NCBI RefSeq assembly: GCF_006345805.1
Contig: NC_043011.1
Coordinates: 26,424,464-26,488,463 of the forward strand
DNA: 64,000 nucleotides
Direction of reading: 5' to 3'
Source: Octopus sinensis
Taxonomy: Eukaryota
Position numbers and translations under genes: made by a program. Position 1 is the stretch's first letter. Each line of letters starts with the position of its first letter. A model generated the notes under the pieces. The model saw nothing but the letters and a program-made list of their open reading frames with translations, did not search any database and was not told where the DNA came from. This document shows, piece by piece, positions 37,423-50,100 of the stretch.

Positions 37423-40353
37423 TTAATGTATAAACTTATTATTGAACTTGGCATTAATCATTCATTCTTATTTAATCACTATAACATTTTTTTCATTATA
37501 TTTACATTTGATGGATATTTGTCTGCATCTTGTTTAGGTTCTCATTCCTAAGGTATTTTTCGATGTTATTATTCAGGTCACTGAGAATCTTGGGGTTAGT
37601 AGCCTGTGCTCTTAACCACTACACCATATACCTGTGGGCAATTATGCAGTGAATTTTAGGGCTTATAAATGTAATACTTTCCCATCCTTAATACTGTCAA
37701 ATGTAAATAATGTACATAATTCCTCATCTCTTAAATATAGAACTGTAACATTTTTTGTTGGTTTTTTTTTCTTTTTAGTCTTAAATGTTTGTTTATTACA
37801 ATTATATTCTGAAGTCAAATACCAAAGAGCATGATTAAATTTCTGGTTAGTCAAGTTTGCAACTTGGTTTCTTTTCTAGGCTGGAATCATGAATCTTTTG
37901 TTGTGGTTATATTGTTAATAAAATACATTAATTTTCAAAAAATAATCAAGAACCTGAGGTATTTAGTAAAATAATGTTGTCAAAGTTATTTAAACCAGCC
38001 ATACCCAATCAAAATATTCTACCTGTTTTATGATCAAACTGACCTCTTACACCAACCCTACAATATCATTCTAAAAATTAAGTTACCTCTTCAAAATCTC
38101 AAAGATTGATAGAAAACAATGGAAATAAATAAATAATCAATACTTTTGACAATAATGTGAATGCTAAAGGACTAAGCTGGTGTTTTGGGACATTAAAAGA
38201 AAAAGAAGTCTGCTTCAAACCTACAGGTTCACAAGACCACAGCTTATCCAGGAAATGGAGAGTACAAGATTTCACCTTAGATCAAGGTACCAGTCCATTG
38301 CAGGGTTAATTGCTAGCTACCGCTGATACTCATTTTCACTTAAGTTAACTGAATCAAGATGAAGTGCTTTGCTCAAGAACACAATGCATCACCTAGTCCA
38401 ACAACTGAACCCATAACCTAACAATTGTAAGTGCAGTATCCTAAAAATTAGGCCTCATATGTTTTAGTTTGGGACATAAGGATTCTTGTATAAAATTGTG
38501 GTAAAAACTTTTCATTTAAACTAGCAGGACCCATAAATAATTCACGGAATTAATGGTAAACTTCTTAGGTTATTTCTGAAAACTTTATCCAAGAAACCTG
38601 AAAGCATAGCCTGTGTTGTATCTGTATCAAAAGAGAGTCGCTCATCTGCTAATCATTGAAAAGTGAAGGAAATTAGGATACAATGATTACTTAATGCACT
38701 TTATATATACATTTTATGCACAATTTTACAGACTTAATACATAGCACTCTTTTTTTTATTTTGCCGTTTGCCTTTAACTAATCACATGAAAGTGTTTCAG
38801 GTGGGCTAAGTAATGGGGAGAAAAAAATTTACACATTTCACTTACCACCGCCTCTCCCTCCCGTCTCCCCCCCTCCCCAACTAATCACATGGAAGCATTA
38901 CGGGGCTAAATAATGTAGGAACAAGCAGAATTATTATAAGATATGGGCACTTTGAAATGAATGATTATCTTCCTTGGAAGTTCTTGAATGCCACACACAT
39001 TTCATTTCTGTTTCCATGTAAATCTGATGGGGTTTTTTTGTTTTTTTTCTCTTAGCTTCTTCAAAAGTTCATAGGTGTTCTTGTGTGATGTTTGGGCTTT
39101 GTTTTCATTTTGATATATTTTATTTCATATTTCCAATGGACTTATTACTTTCATATTAGCATAACAATTCAGTTGTTAATCAAACTTCATTCTCTTGAGA
39201 TACTTATTGTATTAAATCTTTTTCTTGCTTACCGATTATTCTTTTCATCACACAACATATAATATAGTCCTTGTGTGCATACTAAGTACTTAGTCTTGCT
39301 GAGAAGATTGTTTGAAGGTTCAAATAATGTTCTCTGAAATGGAGAGACACTTTTTGTCTCTTATACAGCTGTTTTTGTTGGAGCTCAGTAAATTCCATCC
39401 ACCTTCTGCATTCATTTCTGCCTGTATTAATCACTAGTTGTTATTACAGAGAGCATGAACCTATAAAATCTCTTCTCCAATTAGATTTAAGAGGTAATAT
39501 TTATCCCCATTTAAATGTGGATGTTCTGTTAGAACAGACTATACTGCAGTAAATACCATGAGACAAACTCTTATAGTTTCTCTTATGGTTTTTACTCTAA
39601 TATATTTTGTTCTAACAGAACATCTACATTTAAGTGAGAATAAATATTATTTCTCAGTATTGATATTGTCTCTGTTGCTAATATATAATTATATTTGAAT
39701 TATTATCAGGATGGTCATTCTGTTTTGATTTTTGTTGGGGTTTTTTTTACTTACATGAGCAACAGTTTATGTGTCTTGGCATGGTTTTTACTGATAGATG
39801 ACCTTCCCACTTTAGTAAGTGCATTTTATCATACCACAGTCACTAGTAAGTTTGTAAGAGAATCTTCGAGTTCTCTCTATTCCATATATAAAACATTATG
39901 TATAAGCTAAACACCAGTCAAATACTGTTTAGTCATCTGTTCTTCCATGCCAGCATAGGTTAAATGAATATATCATTGATGAACTGATTTTTTTCCAGTT
40001 GGATTCGCTTCCTGTCACAAACCCTTACATGTTTTCAAGTAAAGGATCTCTTATTTCACATATCTTTTGAAGATGCAAAGTGAGTGGATAGTTTATTGAG
40101 ATGAGATGTCGCAATAACAATATTGTTTGTGACATTTGTAGAATGCAAATATAAACAAATACACAGATGTATGTGCATGCACACACACACACTTCTATAT
40201 ATATTTACATATGCATTGCAGGCTTCTTTCAGTCCCAATCTACTACATTCTCCCACAAGGCTTTGGTCATCTTGGAGCTATTATCTCTTGTTCTTGAGAT
40301 ATTAATTTCTATAAACTTTTCTTTTAATAAATATTTCTATTTATTTATTTCAG

Positions 40354-40425
40354 TAAGTGGTATTCTAAAAGGTCATGATCCTTTACTGAATCTTGTGTTA
40401 GATGGGACAATTGAATACCTTAGAG
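40354..40425 (+). CDS. LSM7: LSm7 coding exon 3 (VSGILKGHDPLLNLVLDGTIEYLR; Sm1 motif)
   Basis: Sm1 motif; acceptor ttatttcag, donor G|GTAAGC; 72 nt, phase 1 to 1. Confidence 0.97.
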
Positions 40426-40689
40426 GTAAGCTTATGTTTTTATTTTTATTTTTTTTATTGTTCATGAAACTTTTCTTTTTACATAAAACTGACTTATTTT
40501 GACATCTTATAAAAGATTACGCTCTTAATTATTTTTGCACTGATGCAAATGTGTTTGATTTTTAGGTTAAGAAACTAGCTTTGCAACCTCATGCTTGGAA
40601 AGTGCCTTCTACTATAGCTCTGGGTCGACCAATTTTTTTAAGTGAATTTGATTGAAAGAAACTGTGTGGAAGCTCAAAGTATATCCATA

Positions 40690-41500
40690 CATGGTCTGAT
40701 CGACAAGTATCCAGACTCTTCCCATAGTTATGAAGCTAAAGCACACAGAGTGATGCCACTTGGCGTGGATTGGCTTTGAATTCTACTGTGCATCTGCACT
40801 AAGTTCTAACAGTCTAGCTCACTTCCATTGTTTGCATCAGTGCTTTGAAGGAATATGTGTAGTGTGGGATCATCACATTGACCATGACAGAGAAAGTTGA
40901 GCAGAGAATCTGCATCAAATTTTGCCAAAAGCTTGGCGATACCTGCTCAGGGGCTTACACAAAGTTTTCGAAATGTTTTCGTCCTTCTCGTGTCATTCAA
41001 AGGGATCTTGTGCAACTAAAACCTGAATGTCTTTTTGGTCAGCTGAAAGCAATTTTGTCACAAACTTGGCAGACCCATATCTCATACCCAAATCTTCAAT
41101 GATAATGGACTGAACTGAACCGTAACTAATTTGCACATCCTCTGATAACTCATGGATGGTGATTCAACCTTTTCCCCTCACAGCTGCAATGTTTTCTCAG
41201 CTCTGGTTGCGGGTCTTTCAGAACGTTCATCAATATCGACATTTTCCCAGCCATCTTGGAAACGTCTGAAACACTCATCCACTTGTGTGCAGCTCATACA
41301 CTCCTCTCCATACACTTTCTGCAACTTTGGGTAAGCCTCTGCGCAGGTATCACCAGGACGACTTTCTCTGTCATGGTCAATGCAACGATCATGTGCTACA
41401 GACCTTCCTACTGAGCACTGCTATAAACAGCAGAAGTGGGCTACAATGTTAAAACTTAGTGCACATGCACAACAGAGTCCAAGTTCAATTTGTGATGTCC
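40690..41500. mobile_element. Two mariner 5' fragments in inverted orientation (plus about 40690-40973, minus about 40974-41500), LSM7 intron 3
   Basis: ORF 40878 begins MTEKVEQRICIKFCQKLGDTCS (mariner HTH start); the adjacent sequence is the reverse complement of the same family. Confidence 0.75.
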
Positions 41501-42237
41501 GTCCCCCAACCACCACAGCTTGAAGCCTAGGGTTGATTTGTTTACATCCTCATAGCTTTGTGGTTCAACAAAAGAGACCAATAAATCACATTCATTTCAC
41601 GAGGGAAGGAATTGTGAGAAAAATCTTTTGAATCTTGCATTTCATCGTCACTTTTATGGCTGCTTTCCATACTGGCATGGATTGGATGAGTCATCGTGAT
41701 TCAAGTCTTTTTTTATTGGGAGTCACTGCTCTTATAGGCTGGTGCTTGTACATGCCATTTTAATTTCTATGACTGGATGCCCTTCCTATTGCCAACCACT
41801 TTGCAGAGTATGCTGGGTGCATTCTCTTGTAGCACCAGCACTAGACAAGTTGCTAAGTCCTCATGAAGACAAAGACTAAAGGAACCTCATGACCTTATAC
41901 TTTCTTTGCTCATTTCCCATCCTTTTTGCATTGTGAACAGTATGAATGCTTTTCTGGCGCAAGCACAAGGAAGGTTTTCAGAACTAAGGGACATCTCAAC
42001 ACTACCCTTGCTTGCTCGCCAGTCCCCAAAGGGTGCACAGAAGATGGATTAATGAAGCTAGCTCTTCATTGTGGCACCAACATACAAGAGGGGTACTTGT
42101 ACATTGTAATTGTAGAGAATATTCAGTTGCCTAAGACATATACTTTTACTCAGGTAATATAAAACTGCTTAAAAGTTACCATTATTAACAGAAATTAGCA
42201 ATTACTGAAATAAGGTCACAAAAAAATGCTTATTGAT

Positions 42238-42690
42238 ATACGAGGTTTAATCAATAAGTATCCGGACTGTTGCCATAGTAACAAAGCTAAAGCACACAGA
42301 GTGAAGCTGCTTAGCACAGATTGACCTTGATCTCTGATGTGCATGTGCACTAAGTTTTAACATTCTAGCACATTCCCGCTGTTTATAGCAGTGCTTTGAA
42401 GTAATATGTGATTGTTGCATTGACCATGACAGACCAAGTTGTCGTGGCAATAACTGCTCAAAGGCCTATGTAAAGTTTCAGAAAATGTATGAGCCTCACA
42501 CAAGTGTACGAGTGGTTTAGACGTTTCCAAGATGCCTGAAAAAATGTTGATATTGACGAATGTTCTGGGAGACCTACAACCAGCAGAATTGAGAAAAACG
42601 TTGGAGATGTGCGTGCAGCTGTGAGGGGAAACGGTCAAATCACCATCTGTAGGTTATCAGAGGATGTGCAGATTAGTTACGGTTCAGTCC
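42238..42690 (+). mobile_element. Mariner 5' fragment, LSM7 intron 3
   Basis: TA-cgagg TIR start; VYEWFRRFQD..NVDIDE.SGRP remnant. Confidence 0.75.
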
Positions 42691-43185
42691 ATTATTGTTG
42701 TGAGTGGATTTAGTAGAAGAAAACTGAAAGAAGCCTGTCATATACATGTGTGGGTGTTGTGTGTACCCTTGACATCATGTGATGGTTGTAAATGAGTATC
42801 AGTCAAACAAGTGGTGGCGTTTGTTTCCAGTTTTCTGTGAAAATCGTGTCTGGCCATAGAAAAATGTTACCTTGTTTAGAAATAAATGAAGGTTGACAAT
42901 AGAAAGGGTATCCAGCTGTAGAAAACCTGTCTGAACAAATTCCATTCAAACCATGCAGGCATGGGAAAGTAAATGATGATGATGGTGGCAATGGTAGTAG
43001 TGATGGTGACTTTAAGTAGGTTTACATTTGAAGTATTTATAGATTCAGTGTTGTGTTGAGGAAACCTAGCCATTGTTCTTTTCATTGTTCTGTTCCATTA
43101 ATTCCCAGTGACAAAAAAAAAATTTCCATTTTTGGTTTCCCTTCCTATTTTATTTTTTTTATTTGTTTGTTTGTCTTTTTTCCAG

Positions 43186-43325
43186 ACCCTGATGATCCAT
43201 ACAAATTAACTGAAGATACCCGGACGCTTGGTTTAGTAGTTTGTCGAGGAACCTCCGTAGTATCTATTTGTCCAGCTGATGGAATGGAAGCTATTCCAAA
43301 TCCTTTTATACAGCAAGATGGTTGA
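43186..43325 (+). CDS. LSM7: LSm7 coding exon 4 (DPDDPYKLTEDTRTLGLVVCRGTSVVSICPADGMEAIPNPFIQQDG-stop; Sm2 motif)
   Basis: Sm2 motif LGLVVCRGTSVV and conserved AIPNPF tail; acceptor ctttttccag; TGA at 43323-43325. Joined CDS is 420 nt = 139 aa. Confidence 0.97.
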
Positions 43326-43538
43326 TAAAAATCTGACTTAAATATTGGAGGAACGTCTTCATTACTACACCATGTTTAAAGTCACACATATCGTCCATTA
43401 CTTTGAAAACATACTTTATTTTTCCTCCTTTTCTCACTAGATTTGGTGCAAAGCAAGGCCCTCATAGAACTATAGTCTAAGAAGGAATTAGTTTCTATTA
43501 GCAATGTCAGTGTTATTTTTAGGGTTCCTAATGCTTCA

Positions 43539-43549
43539 AATAAATTAAA
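43539..43549 (+). terminator. Candidate AATAAA/ATTAAA polyadenylation signals for LSM7
   Basis: aataaattaaa about 215 nt past the stop. Confidence 0.4.
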
Positions 43550-46516
43550 TAATCATCTTTGATTTAATTAAGCTTATATAAGCAAATTAAACTGAAATGA
43601 CATGCATGTGTCTGAAAGATTTCTCTCCCCAAGTTTTAAATTTCTCATTTTAATGATTTTTACCTCTATTTAAAACTTTGAGATTTCACTTCCATTTTAA
43701 AAGTTAACTAGTATTTGGCAAATGGTCATTGTAACCCCTTAATTTTTAGTTTATAGTTATAAACTATAATGATTTATTTTACACTCACTATTTATCTTTA
43801 AATGAAAGAAATCTGATTTATGGGAAGTAGTATATAATTATAAGCATTTTGTAAGTTTTTTATTTATATTTTTCGTTTTTTATAGACTTGACTGTTTTGG
43901 AATGTGTACTATTTATTATTATTATCAAAATAGATATTCAATATTTGCATCTCAAAACAGGCATTAGTGACACAAGATCTCAAATAGATCTTAACCATTC
44001 AACCATAGTTATATCTGATTTGGGATTAGATCTTGTTATTTTCAAGGAAATTTTCCGAGATTGAAAAAGATCTCCCTAACTTAAAATATTCGCTAAACAA
44101 ATGAGGTCATTAGTGAAAGGTTGATGTTGCTCATTTGGGTAAATCACCATTTTAAAGAAATGTAATTACCTATACAAATAGTTAGTTTTGAAAACCATTC
44201 TTTTTTTTATTTATTTTTTCATTGTATTCATTGAGCAATTAGTTAATTGGATAAACTCTTCAATTTACTTTGCTTAATGAACATAGTATACATTATCCTT
44301 TGTAGCTTCAAATACATTTTCCAACAAAATCTTCTGAATATGTGATCGTCTAAGGTCTTCTGCAGTTTGGATATTTGATGAATCAGTCTGCTTTAATTCT
44401 GTACTGTGTATGGATAGCATTTTCCTATATAACTCTGAAGATTTATGCAATGCCTACAGATCTGAACAAGGATTTGTGACTCAACCATAAAGATTTGCAG
44501 ATTTTGCTTTAAACCAGCTAAATTAACTCGAGCAGCACTTCATATAAGTTGATGAATTTATTATTTAGCAACCAAGTTAAATCTTCCATCTACATTAAAT
44601 TAGAGAATTGATATTCAAGGTGTGTTCTTTGTTGTTTATATTTAACATAAAGGACTGTCTCCTTCATTTCTGTTTATATTTTGACACCACTTTTGGTGAG
44701 TGAGAGGAACCTTAAACACACATACACTTACATACAATTCTCTTTCTTTAAGTCATCTGTAAATGGACATTTTTCACATCATGGCATTAAAAATCTCTTG
44801 CCGTTAATAAATATATATTTTTTCTCTAAGTTTGTGTTGTGGCTCATTTCTGTATCTATTTTTTATCTGGTAATATTGAGAGACATTGGATGCATTAATA
44901 AAGATGAAGCTTTAAAAGTTTCTTCAATTTCTCCTTCCTTCTTTTTTTTTTGTACTTTTTTCTGTTTGTCTGACAATAAAACAAGAATTCTATTCAATTG
45001 GTATTTCTATGTGTGCATCATCAATAAAACAAGAATTCTATTTGATTAGTTTGTGTAAACATGCAAAAAGCTCTCTAATTAAATATTTTATAGCCTGACA
45101 GAAGAACCTGTTTGTTTCTAAACATATACTCAAAGCATCTGATTGTTGCTGTTTCACTTGCTTTACACATACTCTTGGAAAACACCTCAATGCCATTACT
45201 CCAGTTACCCATTCCTCTGAAATCAAAAATACTGAGCTCTTTGATAACTTCTAATAGTTCAAAAAGAAAAAAAGAAAACCAAGTGATAGGTGCAGGTGTG
45301 GCTGTGGTAAGAAGCTTATTTTCCAACATGGTTCTGGGTTCAGTCCCACCGTGTGGCACCTTCAGCAAGTGTCTACTACTATTCTGTTTATAATATATAG
45401 CTGCATGGTTAAGAAGTTTGCTTCACAACTATGCCCCAGGTTCAATCCCCGGCATCTCCAGGACATTTTTAAAAGGCAGCGAGCTGGCAGAAACGTTAGC
45501 ACGCCGGGCAAAATGCTTAGCAGTATTTCATCTGCTGTTACATTCTGAGTTCAAATTCCGCCAAGGTCGACTTTGCCTTTCATCCTTTCAGGGTCGATAA
45601 ATTATGTAGCAGTTACGCACTGGGATCGATATAATCGACTTAATCTGTCTGTCTGTCCTTGTTTGTCTCCTCTGTTTAGCCCCTTGTGGGTAGTAAAGAA
45701 ATAGGTTTCAGGTGCAGTCTCATTGTGGAACCATGAGCAAGTGTCTTCTAACTAAAGCCTCAGGTCAACTCACACCTTGTTAGTTGAATGAAATTTAGAG
45801 ATTTCAGGGAAGCCCATCATGTATGTGTCGTCATCTAACATCTGTTTTCCATGCTTGCATGGATTGGACAGTTTGACAAGACTGATCCTATTATCTAGAG
45901 AGGAGCATCAAGCTCCAGTGACTGCCTTGGCATCATTTCTGTAGCTGGATGCCCTTCCTAATGTCAGCCACTTTATAGAGTGTACAAGGTGCTATTTTTT
46001 CATAGCACCAGTATTGGTGAAGCTACCAAGTAACTTGCAAGTTAAAGGAACTTCCTGTGATTGTAGAGGAGGAAGTGGTTTTATATGGCTCTGGTTAGAT
46101 TGTCAGACTCACTATTATGAGGTCAATTCCTGGACTGGGCTGTAGTGTTCTTGAGCAAGACACTTTATTTCACATGCTAGTTCACTCAACTATAGAAATG
46201 AGTTGCAATGTCACTGGTGCCAAACTTTATCAGCCTATGCCTTTCTCTGGGTTTGGCTGCTCTGCATTGATAAAGGGCAAATACCCTGAAACTAGTCTGC
46301 AGAATCCTGACCAGGAAGGGTAAGTGGCTGACCTCTCCTGTTCAAAGGTTATAATGAACACAGGTTCGTGTGTCACATAGCTAGCTAGAGGCAATGGCCT
46401 CTTGGAGCTAATCAACGGCAGCATTCGTCCTATATTAGCTTGGCGATAACTGTTAATATCCAGTACCGCTGCCGTAGTCTCCTTTAGAGAGACTTAGAAA
46501 TATTAATATTAAAAAG

Positions 46517-46730
46517 GGCGGCGAGCTGGCAGAAACAGCACGCCGGGCGAAATGCGTAGCCGTATTTCGTCTGCCGTTACTTTCTGAGTTCAAATTCCGC
46601 CGAGATCGACTTTCCCCTTCATTCTTTCGGGGCCGATAAATTAAGTACCTGTTATGCACTGGAGTCGATATAATTGACTTAATCCGTTTGTTTGTCCCCT
46701 CTGTGTTTAGCCCCTTGTGGGTAGTAAAGA
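46517..46730 (+). mobile_element. Third SINE family; copies at about 45475-45700 (plus), 25205-25400 and 61650-61870 (minus)
   Basis: ggcgagctggcagaaac...gccgggcgaaatgc...ctgagttcaaattccgccgag head shared between copies. Confidence 0.8.
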
Positions 46731-46985
46731 AACAAATATTTCTATCAATACCATGTGGTTGGGAAGCAAGCTTCTTACCACACAGCCATGCCTGCGCCTG
46801 TTAAATAAAAACAAGAAGGGATTACCCCAACTTAAGTCAACTCAAGGTTTTGTCTACCTTCAGCAGAGCAGGATAAGATGGAGTCCAACAGTGAAATAAT
46901 TTAGGGTTAAAGTAAGAGGGCTCTGAGATCATTAGGGATATTTGCTAAGCAGAGTGAATACAGGAAGCATTAGACCTTCACTTAA

Positions 46986-47195
46986 CCCTTTCATTACTGT
47001 ATTTATTTTGAGATGCTCTGTGTTTCTTTCAATTATTTCAAATATAACAAAGAATTTAGTAAAATAACTTAGTTATTATTAAGCTAGTGTTAAGAACATA
47101 AATTGTGACTAAGGTTTGGTGGAAGATTTTAATTCAGAACTTTTGAAAACAAGACATTTGTACTCAGAGACAGGGCTGGGTTGGTAACGAAAGGG
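46986..47195 (-). mobile_element. piggyBac-like MITE, same family as 37203-37422, opposite orientation
   Basis: TTAA-ccctttcatta...taacgaaaggg-TTAA; body is the reverse complement of the 37.2-kb copy. Confidence 0.85.
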
Positions 47196-50100
47196 TTAAC
47201 TGATTGAGAATGCTGGAAGGTATTTATACATAATAACATGAATAATGGAGGCATTATTTACTGCAGCTAAGCCAGAGTGATGCCCAAAAGAAAATAAATT
47301 ATAAATGTCTTTTAGTTAATAGATTGAGTAATGAAAAAGATAGAGAATAATAGTGTGACTAATAATATAAAAGAGCAAATCAAAGATATATATATATATA
47401 CACACACAATAGTAATGGGTATATATATATATAATAATAATTATTTGAGGAATATTATTCCTAACTTACAGGGAAAAATTCAATTTAGAAATACTAAATC
47501 AAATTTCACAAAATATAATATATATATATATATATAAAAATTAGAAAGAAACACCTTTTATCAATTCAAAATGAACAATTAATTTTCTAGGTGTAATTTA
47601 ATTGTTCATTTTGAATTGATAAACGGTGGTTTATATATATATGCAATTGTAAGGGGTAAATTTTTAATGGGGAAAAGAACCACAAACAATATTTCTGACA
47701 AAAGTTACTTACAGGAAAAGGAAAAGTAGTTAGTACAAGAGAAGAGTGTAAAATAATGGGGGTTGTGTTGAGATTGCTATGATACATAATTATATATAGA
47801 TACAAGCATGGCTGTATGGCTAAGAAGTTTGCTTCCTAGATATATGGTTTCAGGTTCAGTCCCACTGTGTGGCACTTTCAGCAAAGTGTCTTCTACCACA
47901 GCCTTGGGTCAACTAAGGCCTTGTGAGTGAATTTGGTAGATGGAAATTAAAAGGTTGTTTTGTGTGTGTGTGTCCTTGTTTTTGACATCATGTGATAGTT
48001 GTAAGTGAATGTCACCATCATTGAAGCAGTGTCGTTCGTTTCCAATTTTTCACTAAAAGTGGAAATATTACCTTACTCAGAAACAAATGAGGCTTCATGA
48101 CATATCAAGCCATAGAAAGCCATGGAAAAATGGAGATGAAAACAATGGTGGCAACAACAATGATGATCTTTATTTTACACTTTCTACTTGTAGTGTAGAC
48201 CTATTCAGTCCATGTCATGACATAATTATACAAAATACAGTAAAAAATTTTTTTTAAATTGATGGGAAAGACTATTACACAACACTTTAAAATAATATAA
48301 ACAACTTTTGTGCCATATAAAATAGTAGTTTAAATTAATATAAAGCAGTTATTCATGTGTTCATAAGAAAAGTTGAGGACGGATGTGAATCAGCTATAAA
48401 TGTGATCAAAATATAGCATTTCATCAACATTGATAAGAGCAAAGTTTTGTACATGGGTATGAAGTTTGTTTTGAATATCACACATCAGGATTTAGTACAA
48501 AAGATACTTAGCACTAGAGATGTATATTTATTACAAAAGAGGTATTTAGAGTGTATTTAGTATAAGGACAGTTCTTGGTACAAGAGAAGAACTGTTTCTT
48601 TTAAAGGTTTGATTCAGGATGAAGGAGTTGTGACCATGGCCTTTATAGGCTCTCAGAAACCAGGGTGACCAACATAGCTGATGTTTCTCTTGAAAAGCTG
48701 CAGGAAAAACATAGGCAGAGATTAATTTCCAGAGGAGTGACATTCTGAAGAAAAAACAATTGGGTGAAGTAGTTATTGCAGGGCTTGAGGAGGGAACGAC
48801 ACAAAGTATGAAGTATTTTGACACAGCCATTTTGGTAACATCTATTTGGTGTCACTGATTCAACTCACTTACTTGACATTTCATTGTTTCACTTATTTTA
48901 ACCCTTTAGCATTCAGATTATTCTGTCAAATACAATTCTTATTCTTTCACATTATTTTGAATTAATCATGTTCTCTCATTCCGCCCCCCCTCTCTCTCTC
49001 CCCATCCTCTCTCTCTCTAGCTGTATGTGCATATCTCTGCATGCATGTGCATGTGTGTGTATGTGCCTCTGTGTGTGTGTGTGTGTGTTTGACTCCAGTG
49101 CTAAACGTTTCTGTGGTCAAGACAGATTCAATATCCAGTCAGCCATACCAAATTGCCAGTGTCCAACAGCCACACCTAATCAGAGGCTTCTGTAGAGACC
49201 TCTGATCCTCAAAGCAATAAAAAAACGTAGAAACATTACATTTGTGGGTTAGATATTGAAGTCTACAAGTTTTATTTTGGTGTGTGACTTCAAGCCAATC
49301 ACCTTGTAGTTTTTTTTTTATGTGTAGTCAAAGATGTCTATATGTGCAGTAGCAGCACTATCCCTTTAGTCCATATTTATGTTCTAAGTTCCAATTCTGC
49401 TGAAGTCAATTTTGCCTTTCATCCCTTTCGGGGTCATTAAAATAAGTGCCAGTTGAGCACTGGGGTTGATGTAATCAACTTAACCCCTCCCCCAAACTAG
49501 CTGGCCTTGTGCCAAAATTTGAAATCAATATTACATTGTGAGTCTCACTTGAGCTTTGAAGATGATTAGTAATTTTGGGAGCTTGAGTATTTTCTGGCTC
49601 TGAATAAGAAGACTAGTCTTTGTTATGAAGTTTTTAATACAAGACTCTATTAATTCAAGATTAGTATGACTAAGTGATGATGGTGACAGTTTCTTTGTAT
49701 ACAAAGACCATGATGAAGAGAGGCATACCCTCAAGTCACCATGGAAACTGACCGTTGATGCTGCAAAGCATTTCTTCCTACCTGTGGATGGTAGTTTTAA
49801 AGTGTGGGTCAGTTTTCACAATCCAATCCCACTCTTTAGCCTTGGAGATCTAATCACATTGGCTCAGTGAGCTAAGACAGCTTCATTTACCAACAAGCTG
49901 TAGGTTTCACATTGGGTGGCCTTCTCCTACAAACGCATGAACGATGTCATAAATAACAGTGACAAATTAAATATACACCACCGATAGTTGTTGTTGACAA
50001 ACAACGGCAGTAATTTTATTCAGCTGAATGCACATCATTGATTGGTTGAAATTACCGAAATACGAGAACTTTGACGTGAGATAACTTCATAAATATAAGT

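Noticed and set aside
36362-43325. ORFs 36362..36709, 40167..40502 and 43053..43325 taken as whole proteins
   Set aside because: They are LSm7 exons read through into flanking intron; exon bounds are given instead.
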